Of a DNA stretch of 47,977 nucleotides, positions 35,078 through 43,943 are shown in pieces. The stretch comes from a virus. Taxonomy: Duplodnaviria > Caudoviricetes. A program made the translations under genes and the position numbers. Below the pieces are notes generated by a model. It was given only the letters and a program-made list of their open reading frames with translations. It was not told the DNA's origin and did not search any database. Each line of letters begins with the position of its first letter. The first letter of the stretch is position 1. Location: positions 1 through 47,977 of IMG/VR virus record IMGVR_UViG_3300012942_000063, one strand, 5' to 3'.

Positions 35078-38026
35078 TTACACGTCGGAAGATGGTGGTA
35101 GTTCAATGGTTCGCACGTGCATCGACATGCCCGCGTTTCCGGACATCTTGGACGCCACGGCGCGGTGGTGCCCGTCCTGAATATAGTAGTTCAGGCCGTC
35201 GTAGTAAGCCATCGGCGAAAAGCCCTTTGCCGTCGGGTCCTCGATGTACAGCTTCACCTTGTCGTGATCGCAGTAATCCTGCGTCGCGATGCACTCGTTG
35301 AACGGTACGAACTGGAGAAGCGACGCCTCACGCTCCGCCGTGGCCTCGGGGGTGTTGCCGCCCATGGCCCAAACAGGGCCGCGACCGTCGGTGTCGACTT
35401 CGAAGAACTGCGACATGTCGTTCTGGTTATCGAGCTTCGACAGTTCGGTGTCGTCTTGTTCCTGCACCAGTTCGATCAGCTTGTGGTCCTTCTTGGCCTT
35501 GATGCCCGGGATGCCCTCGACCATGCCGGTCATGAAGGTTTCGCCGGGGTCGCTCGAGAAGCGCCCGCGCGTGTTGCGCGGCTGGTCCGCCTTCTCGGCG
35601 TCGTCGCTCACCTCCGGAACGAGGGTGCAGCGGCAATGAGGATGTGCTCCCGGGGCCATGTCGCCCGATGAAAACGGCTCGTCGAGATCAATCGGCCCAT
35701 CGTCGGCGTTGGCCTGACAAATCGGGCACCCGTCCTCAAGGACCAGCCACGATTTCTTGACGTTGACCCCGACCGCTTCTGCTTCCTTGAAGCTCGCCAG
35801 CGCCCCCATGCTGTTCGCGCTGGTGACTTCCGTGGCAGCGATGACTTCGGCACGATCTTCCGAGAAGGCATAGCTGTTTGCGATCTCCTCCGCGATCGCC
35901 GGCATACCGATGTTCTCTTCCAGCCCGGCGGCGATCGTCTCGCGCAGCATGTCGCGGGTGGTTTCGGCAAGCAACGGCTCCTCGCCCTCGAAGCTCACCA
36001 GTTCGGCGGCGCGCTCCCGGGCATATGCCACCGCCCGCTCGTTGACCCGATCCACGATCTGCGTATTGGCCGCAAGGTCCATGCTGCCAAGCACCACGTT
36101 GCTCGCGTCGAGTTCTACGGCTAGAAGCGCCGACTCGAGATCGTCCTCCGCCAGTTGTAGGGCCTCAAGGTCAAGCTGGCGTAGTATCTCGTCGATGTCC
36201 ACCTTGACTTCGTACGCGCCGGCCGCCTCTTCGGAGATCGGCTTCTTGGCGTCCCCGGGCTCGTCTGCCTTGCCGAGCCTCCGAAGTGCAGCCACGATCT
36301 GTTCGGCGACGCCCGCGCCCAGTTTGTACAGGACAGCCTTCAAGGATGTGGCCAGTGCCTTTTCTTGCTTGGCTACGCTCGGCCGAAGCGGATCGGTGTA
36401 GAGCGGCTTAGAGCCGGTAGCCTTTCCAGCCTTTTCCACGACGTCGGTACGAAGAAAAGGGGCGTCGCTCTTCTTCGCTACCTCCTTGTCGTCGGGAGGT
36501 GTATCCGAGGGGTCCGAGCCGTCATCGGTGCCCCCGGCATCGTCGGACGGATCACCCCCCTTCTCGTCTGCGCCGGGCGCGCCCGGCTGTTTGTCAAGCA
36601 TCTGCTGCTGGAGCGCGTCCTTGATCTTCTGCTCTTCTGGAGTCGGGAAGATCGGGGACCAGCCCTGCGTTGGGATGAATACCATCGGGCGGTCGGCATT
36701 CGGTTCGCTCACCGGGTCGTCGCCCATTTCGCGCCGCGCCTCGTTGTAAGTGAGCCGCCCCGCCTTCTGCTCACGATCGATTATCTGCGACTTCACATTC
36801 GGATCGAGTTCCTGCTCGTCCTCCCACACGAACTCCAGATCGGCGCTATCGAAATCGTCGATCAGGATCGTGTTCATGAGCCCCTTGACCCACTTCTGCA
36901 GCGGGGCAAGGCCCTCCGAGGAGGCGGTTTCTTGGGCAGTCTCGGCCGTTGCCCGGTTCATCATCTTGACGAAGGGCTGCGGGGACACGCCGAAGGCGTA
37001 ACACATCACGCGGATAAGCCACTCCTCCGCGTCACCGAATAGCTCGGCGGGCTTGGTCGGAACGTACCCCTTGGCAACGGCACCCGGCACGAAGCGGGCG
37101 CGGCGACGCTCCCCGGTGTTGTTGATGAGCAGGCTGTCGAACCACGTCTGAAACTGGGCGACCTGATCCGGGGTCCACGTGTCGGGCGTCCCGATCAGCG
37201 CCTCGGGGATATTCCCTTCCGAAAAGCTCTGCAGCTGCCACGTTTCGCGGCGTATCCCGATATTGATGGTCATGACGATCTGTTCGACCGGCGAATACCC
37301 GTAAACCTTGTGTGTCCGCTTGTTGCGGGGCCGGTAGATTAGTTCGTCGGCGGTGTAATCGACCGCCGGGTATCCCTTGAGCACCTGCTGGTAGGCCGGC
37401 GAAGGTGGAGCGGGCGTGTTTCCCCAGTCGTCGATCACGCGCTTGACGGTGCCCCCGTCGATCGGCTGGAGCGCGAACAGCCGACCGCCGTAGGTGCGTC
37501 GGCGGTAGATCGTCGGGGCGTCGATGACGAGCAAGTCCTCGAGCAGCATTCGAAGCCAATCGTCCCAGAAGTTTTCCCGATCGGGACGAATGAAGAATTC
37601 CTCGATAGCCTCGATACGGCCCTGCATTTCGGTTGGCACCACAGATCCGCGCTTCCGCATCCCCTTGTTGCGCGGAACTATGTTCCACGTAAGGTTCGCC
37701 ATCTGGTCCTTGCGCGTCTCGATCAGGATGCGCAGCAGGTCGTACCCGTCCGCGAAGTTGCGGAGCATCTGAAAGGTGATCGGCTCATAGGAGCGCGGCT
37801 GGATTTGCAGGTTGTATCCCGACGGAAAGTCGAGAATGCGCCCCTTGACTTCCTGCGGCGCGATCGGCCACATCGGGTTGAGCGGCCCGAACCAGTCCGC
37901 CCCGGTGCCGAGCGTGACGCCCCCAGCGCCGTTCGGCGGGCGGTAGGTAAGCTGGTATGGCGTCCCGCCGTTCGGCTGCGCGGTGAGCGGAATGCTGGTG
38001 CCCATCGACTGGGTGTCGCGCGCCAT
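35078..38026 (-). CDS. Portal protein fused to Mu gpF-like domain and ParB-like domain
   Basis: Portal motifs (YGYSPVE, FGVSPQ, TYNEARREMG); MuF RAEVIAATE...CPIC...PGAHPHCRC; C-terminal IQDGHHRAVA. Confidence 0.88.
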   Translation of the reverse strand: MARDTQSMGTSIPLTAQPNGGTPYQLTYRPPNGAGGVTLGTGADWFGPLNPMWPIAPQEVKGRILDFPSGYNLQIQPRSYEPITFQMLRNFADGYDLLRILIETRKDQMANLTWNIVPRNKGMRKRGSVVPTEMQGRIEAIEEFFIRPDRENFWDDWLRMLLEDLLVIDAPTIYRRRTYGGRLFALQPIDGGTVKRVIDDWGNTPAPPSPAYQQVLKGYPAVDYTADELIYRPRNKRTHKVYGYSPVEQIVMTINIGIRRETWQLQSFSEGNIPEALIGTPDTWTPDQVAQFQTWFDSLLINNTGERRRARFVPGAVAKGYVPTKPAELFGDAEEWLIRVMCYAFGVSPQPFVKMMNRATAETAQETASSEGLAPLQKWVKGLMNTILIDDFDSADLEFVWEDEQELDPNVKSQIIDREQKAGRLTYNEARREMGDDPVSEPNADRPMVFIPTQGWSPIFPTPEEQKIKDALQQQMLDKQPGAPGADEKGGDPSDDAGGTDDGSDPSDTPPDDKEVAKKSDAPFLRTDVVEKAGKATGSKPLYTDPLRPSVAKQEKALATSLKAVLYKLGAGVAEQIVAALRRLGKADEPGDAKKPISEEAAGAYEVKVDIDEILRQLDLEALQLAEDDLESALLAVELDASNVVLGSMDLAANTQIVDRVNERAVAYARERAAELVSFEGEEPLLAETTRDMLRETIAAGLEENIGMPAIAEEIANSYAFSEDRAEVIAATEVTSANSMGALASFKEAEAVGVNVKKSWLVLEDGCPICQANADDGPIDLDEPFSSGDMAPGAHPHCRCTLVPEVSDDAEKADQPRNTRGRFSSDPGETFMTGMVEGIPGIKAKKDHKLIELVQEQDDTELSKLDNQNDMSQFFEVDTDGRGPVWAMGGNTPEATAEREASLLQFVPFNECIATQDYCDHDKVKLYIEDPTAKGFSPMAYYDGLNYYIQDGHHRAVASKMSGNAGMSMHVRTIELPPSSDV

Positions 38027-39870
38027 TATGCCACCTCTCTAAAACCGGCAGCCTTGAGGCCGGGCACGTCGTCTGGCCGAACGCTGATCAAACCGCCACG
38101 CACTGGATATTTGTCCCCGTTCCGCCCGTACGCCGAAGTGATGCCCTTGCCGGCCGGTGCCCTCAACTGGATCAAGGTCGGTGCCTCGACTTGCTGCTTC
38201 ACGGCGGCAACGCGCATTGCTTCGCGCTGGTAGAACTCTAGCAGGCCGGTGTCACTTGCTTCTAGGAATAGGTGTGTCAAGCCCCAAACTAGTGAGTCTA
38301 CCCGGTCCGGCGAATACCCCATCGAATTACGGTCAAAATCGAGGGTAAACAGGCACATCTGGTCCTCGAGGCCCTTCATCGTACCGAGGTGGCGAACGCG
38401 GTTCTGCTCGTACAGGCCGGACACTGGTTCTGCCCGCGTCACCTTACCCCGGGTCGCGTGGACGAGGGTGATTGCCACGTGATCGCTGCTGCGCAGCGGG
38501 GGCCGGTCGCCGTCGGGCATCGACAGGAACTTGGCGGTGGTCTTGATGGTGTGCTCCACCATGTTGCCGCCCTGATTGGCCTCGCCAACGATCCGGTCCG
38601 CACCGAAGGCGTCGTGCAGCAGGATCGCGGTAGTCGCCCATTCGAGCGGAGAGCCTTTCAGCGACCCGTCGGCGAGGACATAACCCATCCCCGAGACGCC
38701 CTTGGCGGTGACGGTGACGCCGATCTCGTCCGAGCCCTCGTCGTTACTGGTGTTCGGGTCCACCGCGACGATGATCCGCGACAGGTCTTCGCCGACTGCA
38801 GAAACGATCGACTGCGCCACGCTGCGAAGCGTCGCCGTGTCAGTCATCGGCCGCTTCCCGCTGATGGTGTTGACCGGGCCATAGACGGGCGGCATCGGCA
38901 TCGACACCGGGATGCGGTTAGCATCAAGATTGCTGCGCACCCACAGTGCACCGGGCATGTCCTCGAGGATTTCAGCGTTGAGTTCCTGTCGGCCGAGCCG
39001 CGTTCCCTCGTATTTCGTGACGACGGTGGCGAAGAACTTCTCGGCAAGATTGGCCTTGTTGTCATAGGTCGAACCGCGTGTTACCACGGTCTTACCTTGC
39101 CACTCCTTGCCGCGCTTGGTTTCAGCCATGTCCCGATCGTCATCGACCAGTTGCTTGACGATCGGAACGGGCTTCGGAGTAGTAGTGATGACGCCGCGCG
39201 GGTCGTCACCGAGACGGAACCCGAACTGTAGCATGTCCCACGTCTCTTGCAGTTTCTTCCACGCCGCAAGCTCGTCGGCCCAAAATGTGTCACACTGCGG
39301 GCCGCGCAAGCGTTCAGGCTCTTCGGCGGAGAACAGCTGCGCTATCGCGCCGTTCGGCCACGTAAGCTGTAGCTTCGACGGCTCGAAATAAGGCCGGTTC
39401 CACGGCGGTGCCTTGGCGAGAATGCCCGACTCCCCCTCGACCATGACCTTTCGGACGTCAGCGGCGGTCGGTGCTACCAAGGCGATGCGCTTGGCCTTGC
39501 CGGCCTGCACCCGCTCGTTGATCCATTCGGCCCCAGTGCGCGTCTTTCCGAAACCCCGCCCGGCAAGCAGTAGCCAGAAGGTCCAATCGCCCTCTGGCGC
39601 AATCTGGTTGTGGCGAGCCCAAAAGCCCCACTTGTGGCGCAAGAAATGGAGGCTCTGTTCGTCGATCCGGGCGAGGGTCTCCATCAGCGCCGCTTCTTGG
39701 TGTTGTTTCGGCGCAGCGGCGACTTCCGCCATCAGGTCGTTGATATTCCAGTTCGAGGTTGCAGGGACCTTTACCGGCGGTACTTCAAGCGCGGCGTACT
39801 GCTCCGCCGTCATGTCGTTGGTGTCGTAGTGGAGATGGTACTCCGGGTCGAACTCTATCTCGTCAGCCAT
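38026..39870 (-). CDS. terL: Terminase large subunit
   Basis: AGRGFGKT, LRGPQ..WADE, TTTPK, VAVDP, SPDRVDSLVW. Confidence 0.95.
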   Translation of the reverse strand: MADEIEFDPEYHLHYDTNDMTAEQYAALEVPPVKVPATSNWNINDLMAEVAAAPKQHQEAALMETLARIDEQSLHFLRHKWGFWARHNQIAPEGDWTFWLLLAGRGFGKTRTGAEWINERVQAGKAKRIALVAPTAADVRKVMVEGESGILAKAPPWNRPYFEPSKLQLTWPNGAIAQLFSAEEPERLRGPQCDTFWADELAAWKKLQETWDMLQFGFRLGDDPRGVITTTPKPVPIVKQLVDDDRDMAETKRGKEWQGKTVVTRGSTYDNKANLAEKFFATVVTKYEGTRLGRQELNAEILEDMPGALWVRSNLDANRIPVSMPMPPVYGPVNTISGKRPMTDTATLRSVAQSIVSAVGEDLSRIIVAVDPNTSNDEGSDEIGVTVTAKGVSGMGYVLADGSLKGSPLEWATTAILLHDAFGADRIVGEANQGGNMVEHTIKTTAKFLSMPDGDRPPLRSSDHVAITLVHATRGKVTRAEPVSGLYEQNRVRHLGTMKGLEDQMCLFTLDFDRNSMGYSPDRVDSLVWGLTHLFLEASDTGLLEFYQREAMRVAAVKQQVEAPTLIQLRAPAGKGITSAYGRNGDKYPVRGGLISVRPDDVPGLKAAGFREVA

Positions 39871-40604
39871 CAGTGCGTCGTTTCTGGCGTCTGATCTGGT
39901 GCCGGCAACGCGGCCGGCGGGTTCGACTTGTCCTGCACGGTCCGGCGGAACACGGTCATGATGTCGTGAATAGCCTGTGCCGCCCCGGCGCGCGCCTCTT
40001 CGGCCCGGGCCGCAAGGTCATCTTCCGGCTGCACCCCGAGTTGCTTGGCTAGCATTTCGGCGGCACGGAGGCCGTCGTAGAACTTGATCTCGATGCCGTT
40101 CTGCCCCATCTTGATCGAGCTAATGGCGGCTGCCTGTTCCTTCGTCCAGAAGCGCGAGTTGAGCAGCTGGACGCCGAACTGGTCGAAGGTCATCACCTCG
40201 CGGGGATCGAAGAACGCGGCGGCGGCGATACGCCGCTGCACGGCTTCCGCCGTCACCTCGAGCTTGGCCATCAGCTTCGTGGCGAGCAGGTCGATGGCGT
40301 CGATCACGGGCGGCTTGGCAAGCATCTTGTCGGCACGGCGTTTCAGGATCGCCGGGCTGTCGGCGTGATGGCCGAGCCGCCGCATAGCGGCGACGGGATT
40401 ACGATCGATGATGAACGAGCGAACGAACAGCTGCTCCTCGAGGTTGAGATCGAACCCGGTGTCCTCGTATGCCCAGATCGTGGCGGCACGGGCAAGAACG
40501 TACTGTTCGTACATCTGCGCCGGGTCTTCGGACGGCTCGGGATTGGCAGCGGCCGAAGCGGCTGCCTTCTGCTCGTCTGACATCGGCTTCGGTTTACGCG
40601 CCAC
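39870..40604 (-). CDS. terS: Terminase small subunit
   Basis: QLFVRSFIIDRNPVAAMRRLG HTH-like start, AFFDP, IKFYD..AAEMLAKQLG; upstream of terL. Confidence 0.85.
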   Translation of the reverse strand: MARKPKPMSDEQKAAASAAANPEPSEDPAQMYEQYVLARAATIWAYEDTGFDLNLEEQLFVRSFIIDRNPVAAMRRLGHHADSPAILKRRADKMLAKPPVIDAIDLLATKLMAKLEVTAEAVQRRIAAAAFFDPREVMTFDQFGVQLLNSRFWTKEQAAAISSIKMGQNGIEIKFYDGLRAAEMLAKQLGVQPEDDLAARAEEARAGAAQAIHDIMTVFRRTVQDKSNPPAALPAPDQTPETTH

Positions 40605-40629
40605 GTTGACCCCCGGTCGGTGAGCGACG

Positions 40630-40658
40630 AAAATACCACGGCGCGGCGACTGTGGGAA
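40630..40658 (-). promoter_or_regulatory. Possible late promoter TTCCCA-N17-TATTTT (TGn-extended)
   Basis: Directly upstream of terS RBS; poor -35. Confidence 0.4.
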
Positions 40659-40701
40659 GGGGGGTATCCGGGGCGCGTTTCTAATAACTCACCCGGATAA
40701 C

Positions 40702-40730
40702 TTGCGTAAGACGCGCCCAGGGCGTAGGAT
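40702..40730 (+). promoter_or_regulatory. Promoter TTGCGT-N17-TAGGAT
   Basis: Divergent from terS, upstream of ORF 40765. Confidence 0.5.
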
Positions 40731-40764
40731 CGCCGGTCCGGGGGACAACCGGGAGTAGTACGTC

Positions 40765-41013
40765 ATGGACCAAGTAGCAGAGAAGCTCGACGCCGCTATC
40801 GTCAACCGTCGCGGCGGAGACAGCAAGATCGATCCCCACAAGCTCCACGAAGTCGCCAAGGAAAACGGGTTCGAGGACCGCCTCTTCAAGTGGGAAGAAA
40901 GCGGCCACAACCACGGCCTGATCCGAATGAACACATCGAACATCCTGCGGGGCAAACTGTCGCGGGAAGGCCGGGTCAAGATAGGCCGTAAGGTCGTCCG
41001 CAAGCAGGACTAA
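40765..41013 (+). CDS. Hypothetical protein, RMN-motif paralog C
   Basis: NHGLIRMNTSNILRG; RBS GGAG. Confidence 0.8.
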   Translation: MDQVAEKLDAAIVNRRGGDSKIDPHKLHEVAKENGFEDRLFKWEESGHNHGLIRMNTSNILRGKLSREGRVKIGRKVVRKQD

Positions 41014-41019
41014 TATAAA

Positions 41020-41056
41020 CGAGCCCCGGGAGCGCTTCCATCGTCCCCGGGGCTCG
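41020..41056 (+). terminator. GC-rich stem-loop
   Basis: CGAGCCCCGGG...CCCGGGGCTCG; same stem as 42539-42576. Confidence 0.5.
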
Positions 41057-41159
41057 CCTCGATTGGAAGAGCCGATTTGGCCCGGTGACAAGACCACGTG
41101 TCGTCGCCGCTGTCAAGCGACCACGGAGAAACCGCGCCGCCGGAACCGCACGAAGTACA

Positions 41160-41188
41160 TTGACACAAACTCCCAGCTGTAGTTTAAG
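41160..41188 (+). promoter_or_regulatory. Early promoter TTGACA-N17-TTTAAG
   Basis: Shares ATTGACACA..CTCCC.GCTGT and GGGG with the 13.3/13.8 kb promoters. Confidence 0.65.
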
Positions 41189-41193
41189 GGGGT

Positions 41194-41490
41194 ATGACAA
41201 AGAAACCCCTCTCGCAATTGACCCCGGCCGCAAAGGTCGAAGTCTCCGCACTCCGCCGCGCGAAAGCGCCCCGCGCCCATTACGAGATGCTGGCGCGCAG
41301 CTACTACGACACCGCCAAAGCAGCCGAGTTCGACTTCGCCCGCGATCTGGCGAACTGGCAGGCCGGCAACATCGAGCGCCCCGATCTCGCCGATCCCCGC
41401 GACCCGGCCGTAGCCGCGTCTCGCGCCGCTTTCGTGCGCGGTCTCCGCGACACCGCCGCCGACATTATCGCTGTTGCCCCGGAGGCCTGA
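41194..41490 (+). CDS. Hypothetical early protein
   Basis: ATG just after promoter; phage-like codon usage. Confidence 0.7.
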   Translation: MTKKPLSQLTPAAKVEVSALRRAKAPRAHYEMLARSYYDTAKAAEFDFARDLANWQAGNIERPDLADPRDPAVAASRAAFVRGLRDTAADIIAVAPEA

Positions 41491-41491
41491 C

Positions 41492-41725
41492 ATGATGACG
41501 AACACCGAAATCGGCGTACACGTGCTCGAGTTCATCGACGCGATCGAGACCCGAAATCTCGAGGCACAAGGTGACAAGGCATGCCTGTTTACATGGGCAA
41601 TCGACCATGGCGAAATCGCAAACCCGGAAGTCGCCGCGCGGATCGACGCGGCCAACAGCACCGAGGACGACGCGGCGGCGATTGCGCATCTGCGCGCGGC
41701 CCTCGAGCTTCTCGGCACAAAATAA
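41492..41725 (+). CDS. Acidic hypothetical protein
   Basis: RBS GGAGG. Confidence 0.7.
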   Translation: MMTNTEIGVHVLEFIDAIETRNLEAQGDKACLFTWAIDHGEIANPEVAARIDAANSTEDDAAAIAHLRAALELLGTK

Positions 41726-41726
41726 C

Positions 41727-41755
41727 TTGACACCACTTCGAAACTGTGCTTAAAC
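41727..41755 (+). promoter_or_regulatory. Early promoter TTGACA-N17-TTAAAC
   Basis: TTGACAC...CTGTGC motif. Confidence 0.65.
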
Positions 41756-41787
41756 ACCAACTCGATTGGAAGAAGGAGCAAATTGAA

Positions 41788-42477
41788 ATGGCAAACATCG
41801 TTACCCGGTTCGACGTCTTCACCCGCAATGACGACGATGGCGAGCGCGAAGTCGTTCGCCTGTTCGAAAAGCGCAAGCTCGTCGGCGAATTCGACGTCGA
41901 GGACTGCACCCGCTATCCCGATGGCATCGACGAGGAGGACTTCACCGCGTGGCTGGCCACCGGCAAGGATGGCAAGCCGCTCAAGGCCGGTCGCACCGTC
42001 ACGCAGGCGATGGATTATCTTGGTTCGGAACCCGAGGACGAAGACGCCGAAGAGGAAGAGCGTGAGCCCGGTTCGGTCGTCCCCGAAAAATACCGCGAGC
42101 GCTACGGCGCGGCGCAGAACTGTGGCGATGACATCGCGCAGGCCCTCACCGCCTTCGTGACGGCGGAACGCGCCAGCAAGAAGAACCCGGACGGCGGGCT
42201 TGACCGCGCCAAACTGCGCGGCGTCGCCGAGGCGAACGGCATCGGCGACAAGCTGGCCGAATGGGAAGATCGCGGCCTCAACGGCGGACTTCTGCGCATG
42301 AACACCTCCAACGTTCTGCGCGGCATGAACCGCCGGGGCGAAGGCGTCGTGATCGGCGACCACACGTGGCCCGAGGACGTCACCAACCCCAAGCACCCGA
42401 ACTTCGTGAAGCCGGCCAAGGCGGAGAAGACCGGAAATTCGGATAAGCCGAAGCGCGGCGCGCGCAAGCCCAAATAA
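41788..42477 (+). CDS. Hypothetical protein, RMN-motif paralog B
   Basis: RBS AAGGAG; VVPEKYRERY..CGDDIA and NGGLLRMNTSNVLRG; Lys-rich tail. Confidence 0.85.
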   Translation: MANIVTRFDVFTRNDDDGEREVVRLFEKRKLVGEFDVEDCTRYPDGIDEEDFTAWLATGKDGKPLKAGRTVTQAMDYLGSEPEDEDAEEEEREPGSVVPEKYRERYGAAQNCGDDIAQALTAFVTAERASKKNPDGGLDRAKLRGVAEANGIGDKLAEWEDRGLNGGLLRMNTSNVLRGMNRRGEGVVIGDHTWPEDVTNPKHPNFVKPAKAEKTGNSDKPKRGARKPK

Positions 42478-42502
42478 CAGCGCACAGACAGGATGGCGAG
42501 AC

Positions 42503-42576
42503 CCGGCTACGACGCAATCCCCCCTGTCGTGGCCGGTAGAGCCCCGGGACGCAACTCCCCCCGCGTCCCGGGGCTC
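42503..42576 (+). other. Two tandem hairpins with C-rich loops (possible sRNA or 3' UTR structure)
   Basis: CCGGCTACGAC-gcaatcccccct-GTCGTGGCCGG and GAGCCCCGGGACGC-aactcccccc-GCGTCCCGGGGCTC. Confidence 0.55.
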
Positions 42577-42811
42577 GACTTGTGCGAAGGACGCGTTGAC
42601 ACAATGGGGAGTTGTAAACGTTAACCACAGCGTATGTCAAGGACCGTATGTCAAGACCACCAACGTGCAGAGACATACGACTTTCCAGAGGCCGCGAGAG
42701 AGGCGGGGTCGATATACTCCGACTATGTGCGTGGACCGTGGACCAGCGACTCTCGGGAGTCCGCCGCACCAGCAGGCGGAGGCGTCTCCGACGGCCCAAA
42801 CAGCGCCCGGG

Positions 42812-42855
42812 TTCTTTTCTTTTTTTTTAAAAAACAAATTTATAAATTAAAAAAA
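42812..42855. other. A/T tract in long non-coding region (candidate origin or packaging site)
   Basis: About 44 bp nearly pure A/T in a GC-rich genome, containing palindromes TTTTTTAAAAAA and AATTTATAAATT. Confidence 0.5.
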
Positions 42856-43020
42856 CGGTCCAGTGTCCGGTATTTGGGTCTCCGTGGCGTCTCGCCGCGC
42901 CTCGATATGTCTCGGCTATGTACTGGACCAATTCCCCCAGTACATACGACCCTTTAGGTGATACCATCCGACTTCTCCAGTGGGACTAGACGCCACCGCC
43001 GCTCCGTGCTACAGTAGCGC

Positions 43021-43338
43021 ATGATCGAGAAAATGACGAAGTTCGACCCAAAGTTCCTCCGCGTTAATGAGCCGGTGACGCCAGCCATTACAGCGGTGAA
43101 GGGGCTGCCAGAGGCGTACAAGGCGTTCTGTGATAAACACGGAGACCCCTCGACGATGAATCCCGGCGAGTGTATTCGTGTTGCCTCTGACGATCTCGTA
43201 GCCCACATGCCGCGCTTCATCTACAACTATTGTCGTCTTCGCGGCGTTCATATTCGGCTCTACCGGCGGTCCGAACTGGGTAGAGAAAGCTCTACTTGGT
43301 TAATTCGCTGCCACGGCAAGTGGGTGCAGCAGCCGTGA
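43021..43338 (+). CDS. Hypothetical protein, possible DNA-binding
   Basis: MNPGECIRV motif resembles next gene; GTGA-coupled to it. Confidence 0.6.
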   Translation: MIEKMTKFDPKFLRVNEPVTPAITAVKGLPEAYKAFCDKHGDPSTMNPGECIRVASDDLVAHMPRFIYNYCRLRGVHIRLYRRSELGRESSTWLIRCHGKWVQQP

Positions 43339-43943
43339 ACCGCCAGAACTCGGCGTCTAGGCCATACGACATTGCGATTCCGGCGCCGATGCTTGCCAAG
43401 GTTGTGGAGCGGAGGCGATCCCCCGACGGCTTCCCCCATGAAGTTAAGGAAGTAAGGAGAGGGGGGGTCCCCGTGTACCAATACCCCTTCGCCAAGATGG
43501 AACTGGGGGATTTTTTCATCGTGGCGATCGGTTCACGGTCCGAGAAGTCGATGCGAATAGCTTTCTACCAATCAGCAGCGCGACACGATCTGGAGATAGC
43601 CATAACCCCGTGGAAGATGCCGGGGGGATTCCCGGGGCTTCGGGTGTGCGTCACGATAATCGGCGTCACCACCTACAAGATCGCCGCCGAGAAGCACGGG
43701 GTATACTCTAGGTACTCTGATGGCAAATGGTCGGCGCGCAAACGCGAGTGGAGCAAAGAACGCAAGAAAAACGGACCAAGAAAAAAGACTGGGCACCGCA
43801 AGTCAAAGCCCGCAGCTTCTTCTGACGATTTCACCCTCCCCTTCGAGCGCGCCATCGCCGAGGCCGGTCCTCCCCCCGAGGAGCGCCCGATGTCTCGCGC
43901 CGAGATCATTGCCCGCGCCCTAAGACAGGACTCCTCCTCTTGA
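43335..43943 (+). CDS. Putative DNA-binding protein (YPF..M..GD.F family)
   Basis: YQYPFAKMELGDFFIV...GLRVC; basic C-terminal region. Confidence 0.65.
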   Translation: MNRQNSASRPYDIAIPAPMLAKVVERRRSPDGFPHEVKEVRRGGVPVYQYPFAKMELGDFFIVAIGSRSEKSMRIAFYQSAARHDLEIAITPWKMPGGFPGLRVCVTIIGVTTYKIAAEKHGVYSRYSDGKWSARKREWSKERKKNGPRKKTGHRKSKPAASSDDFTLPFERAIAEAGPPPEERPMSRAEIIARALRQDSSS

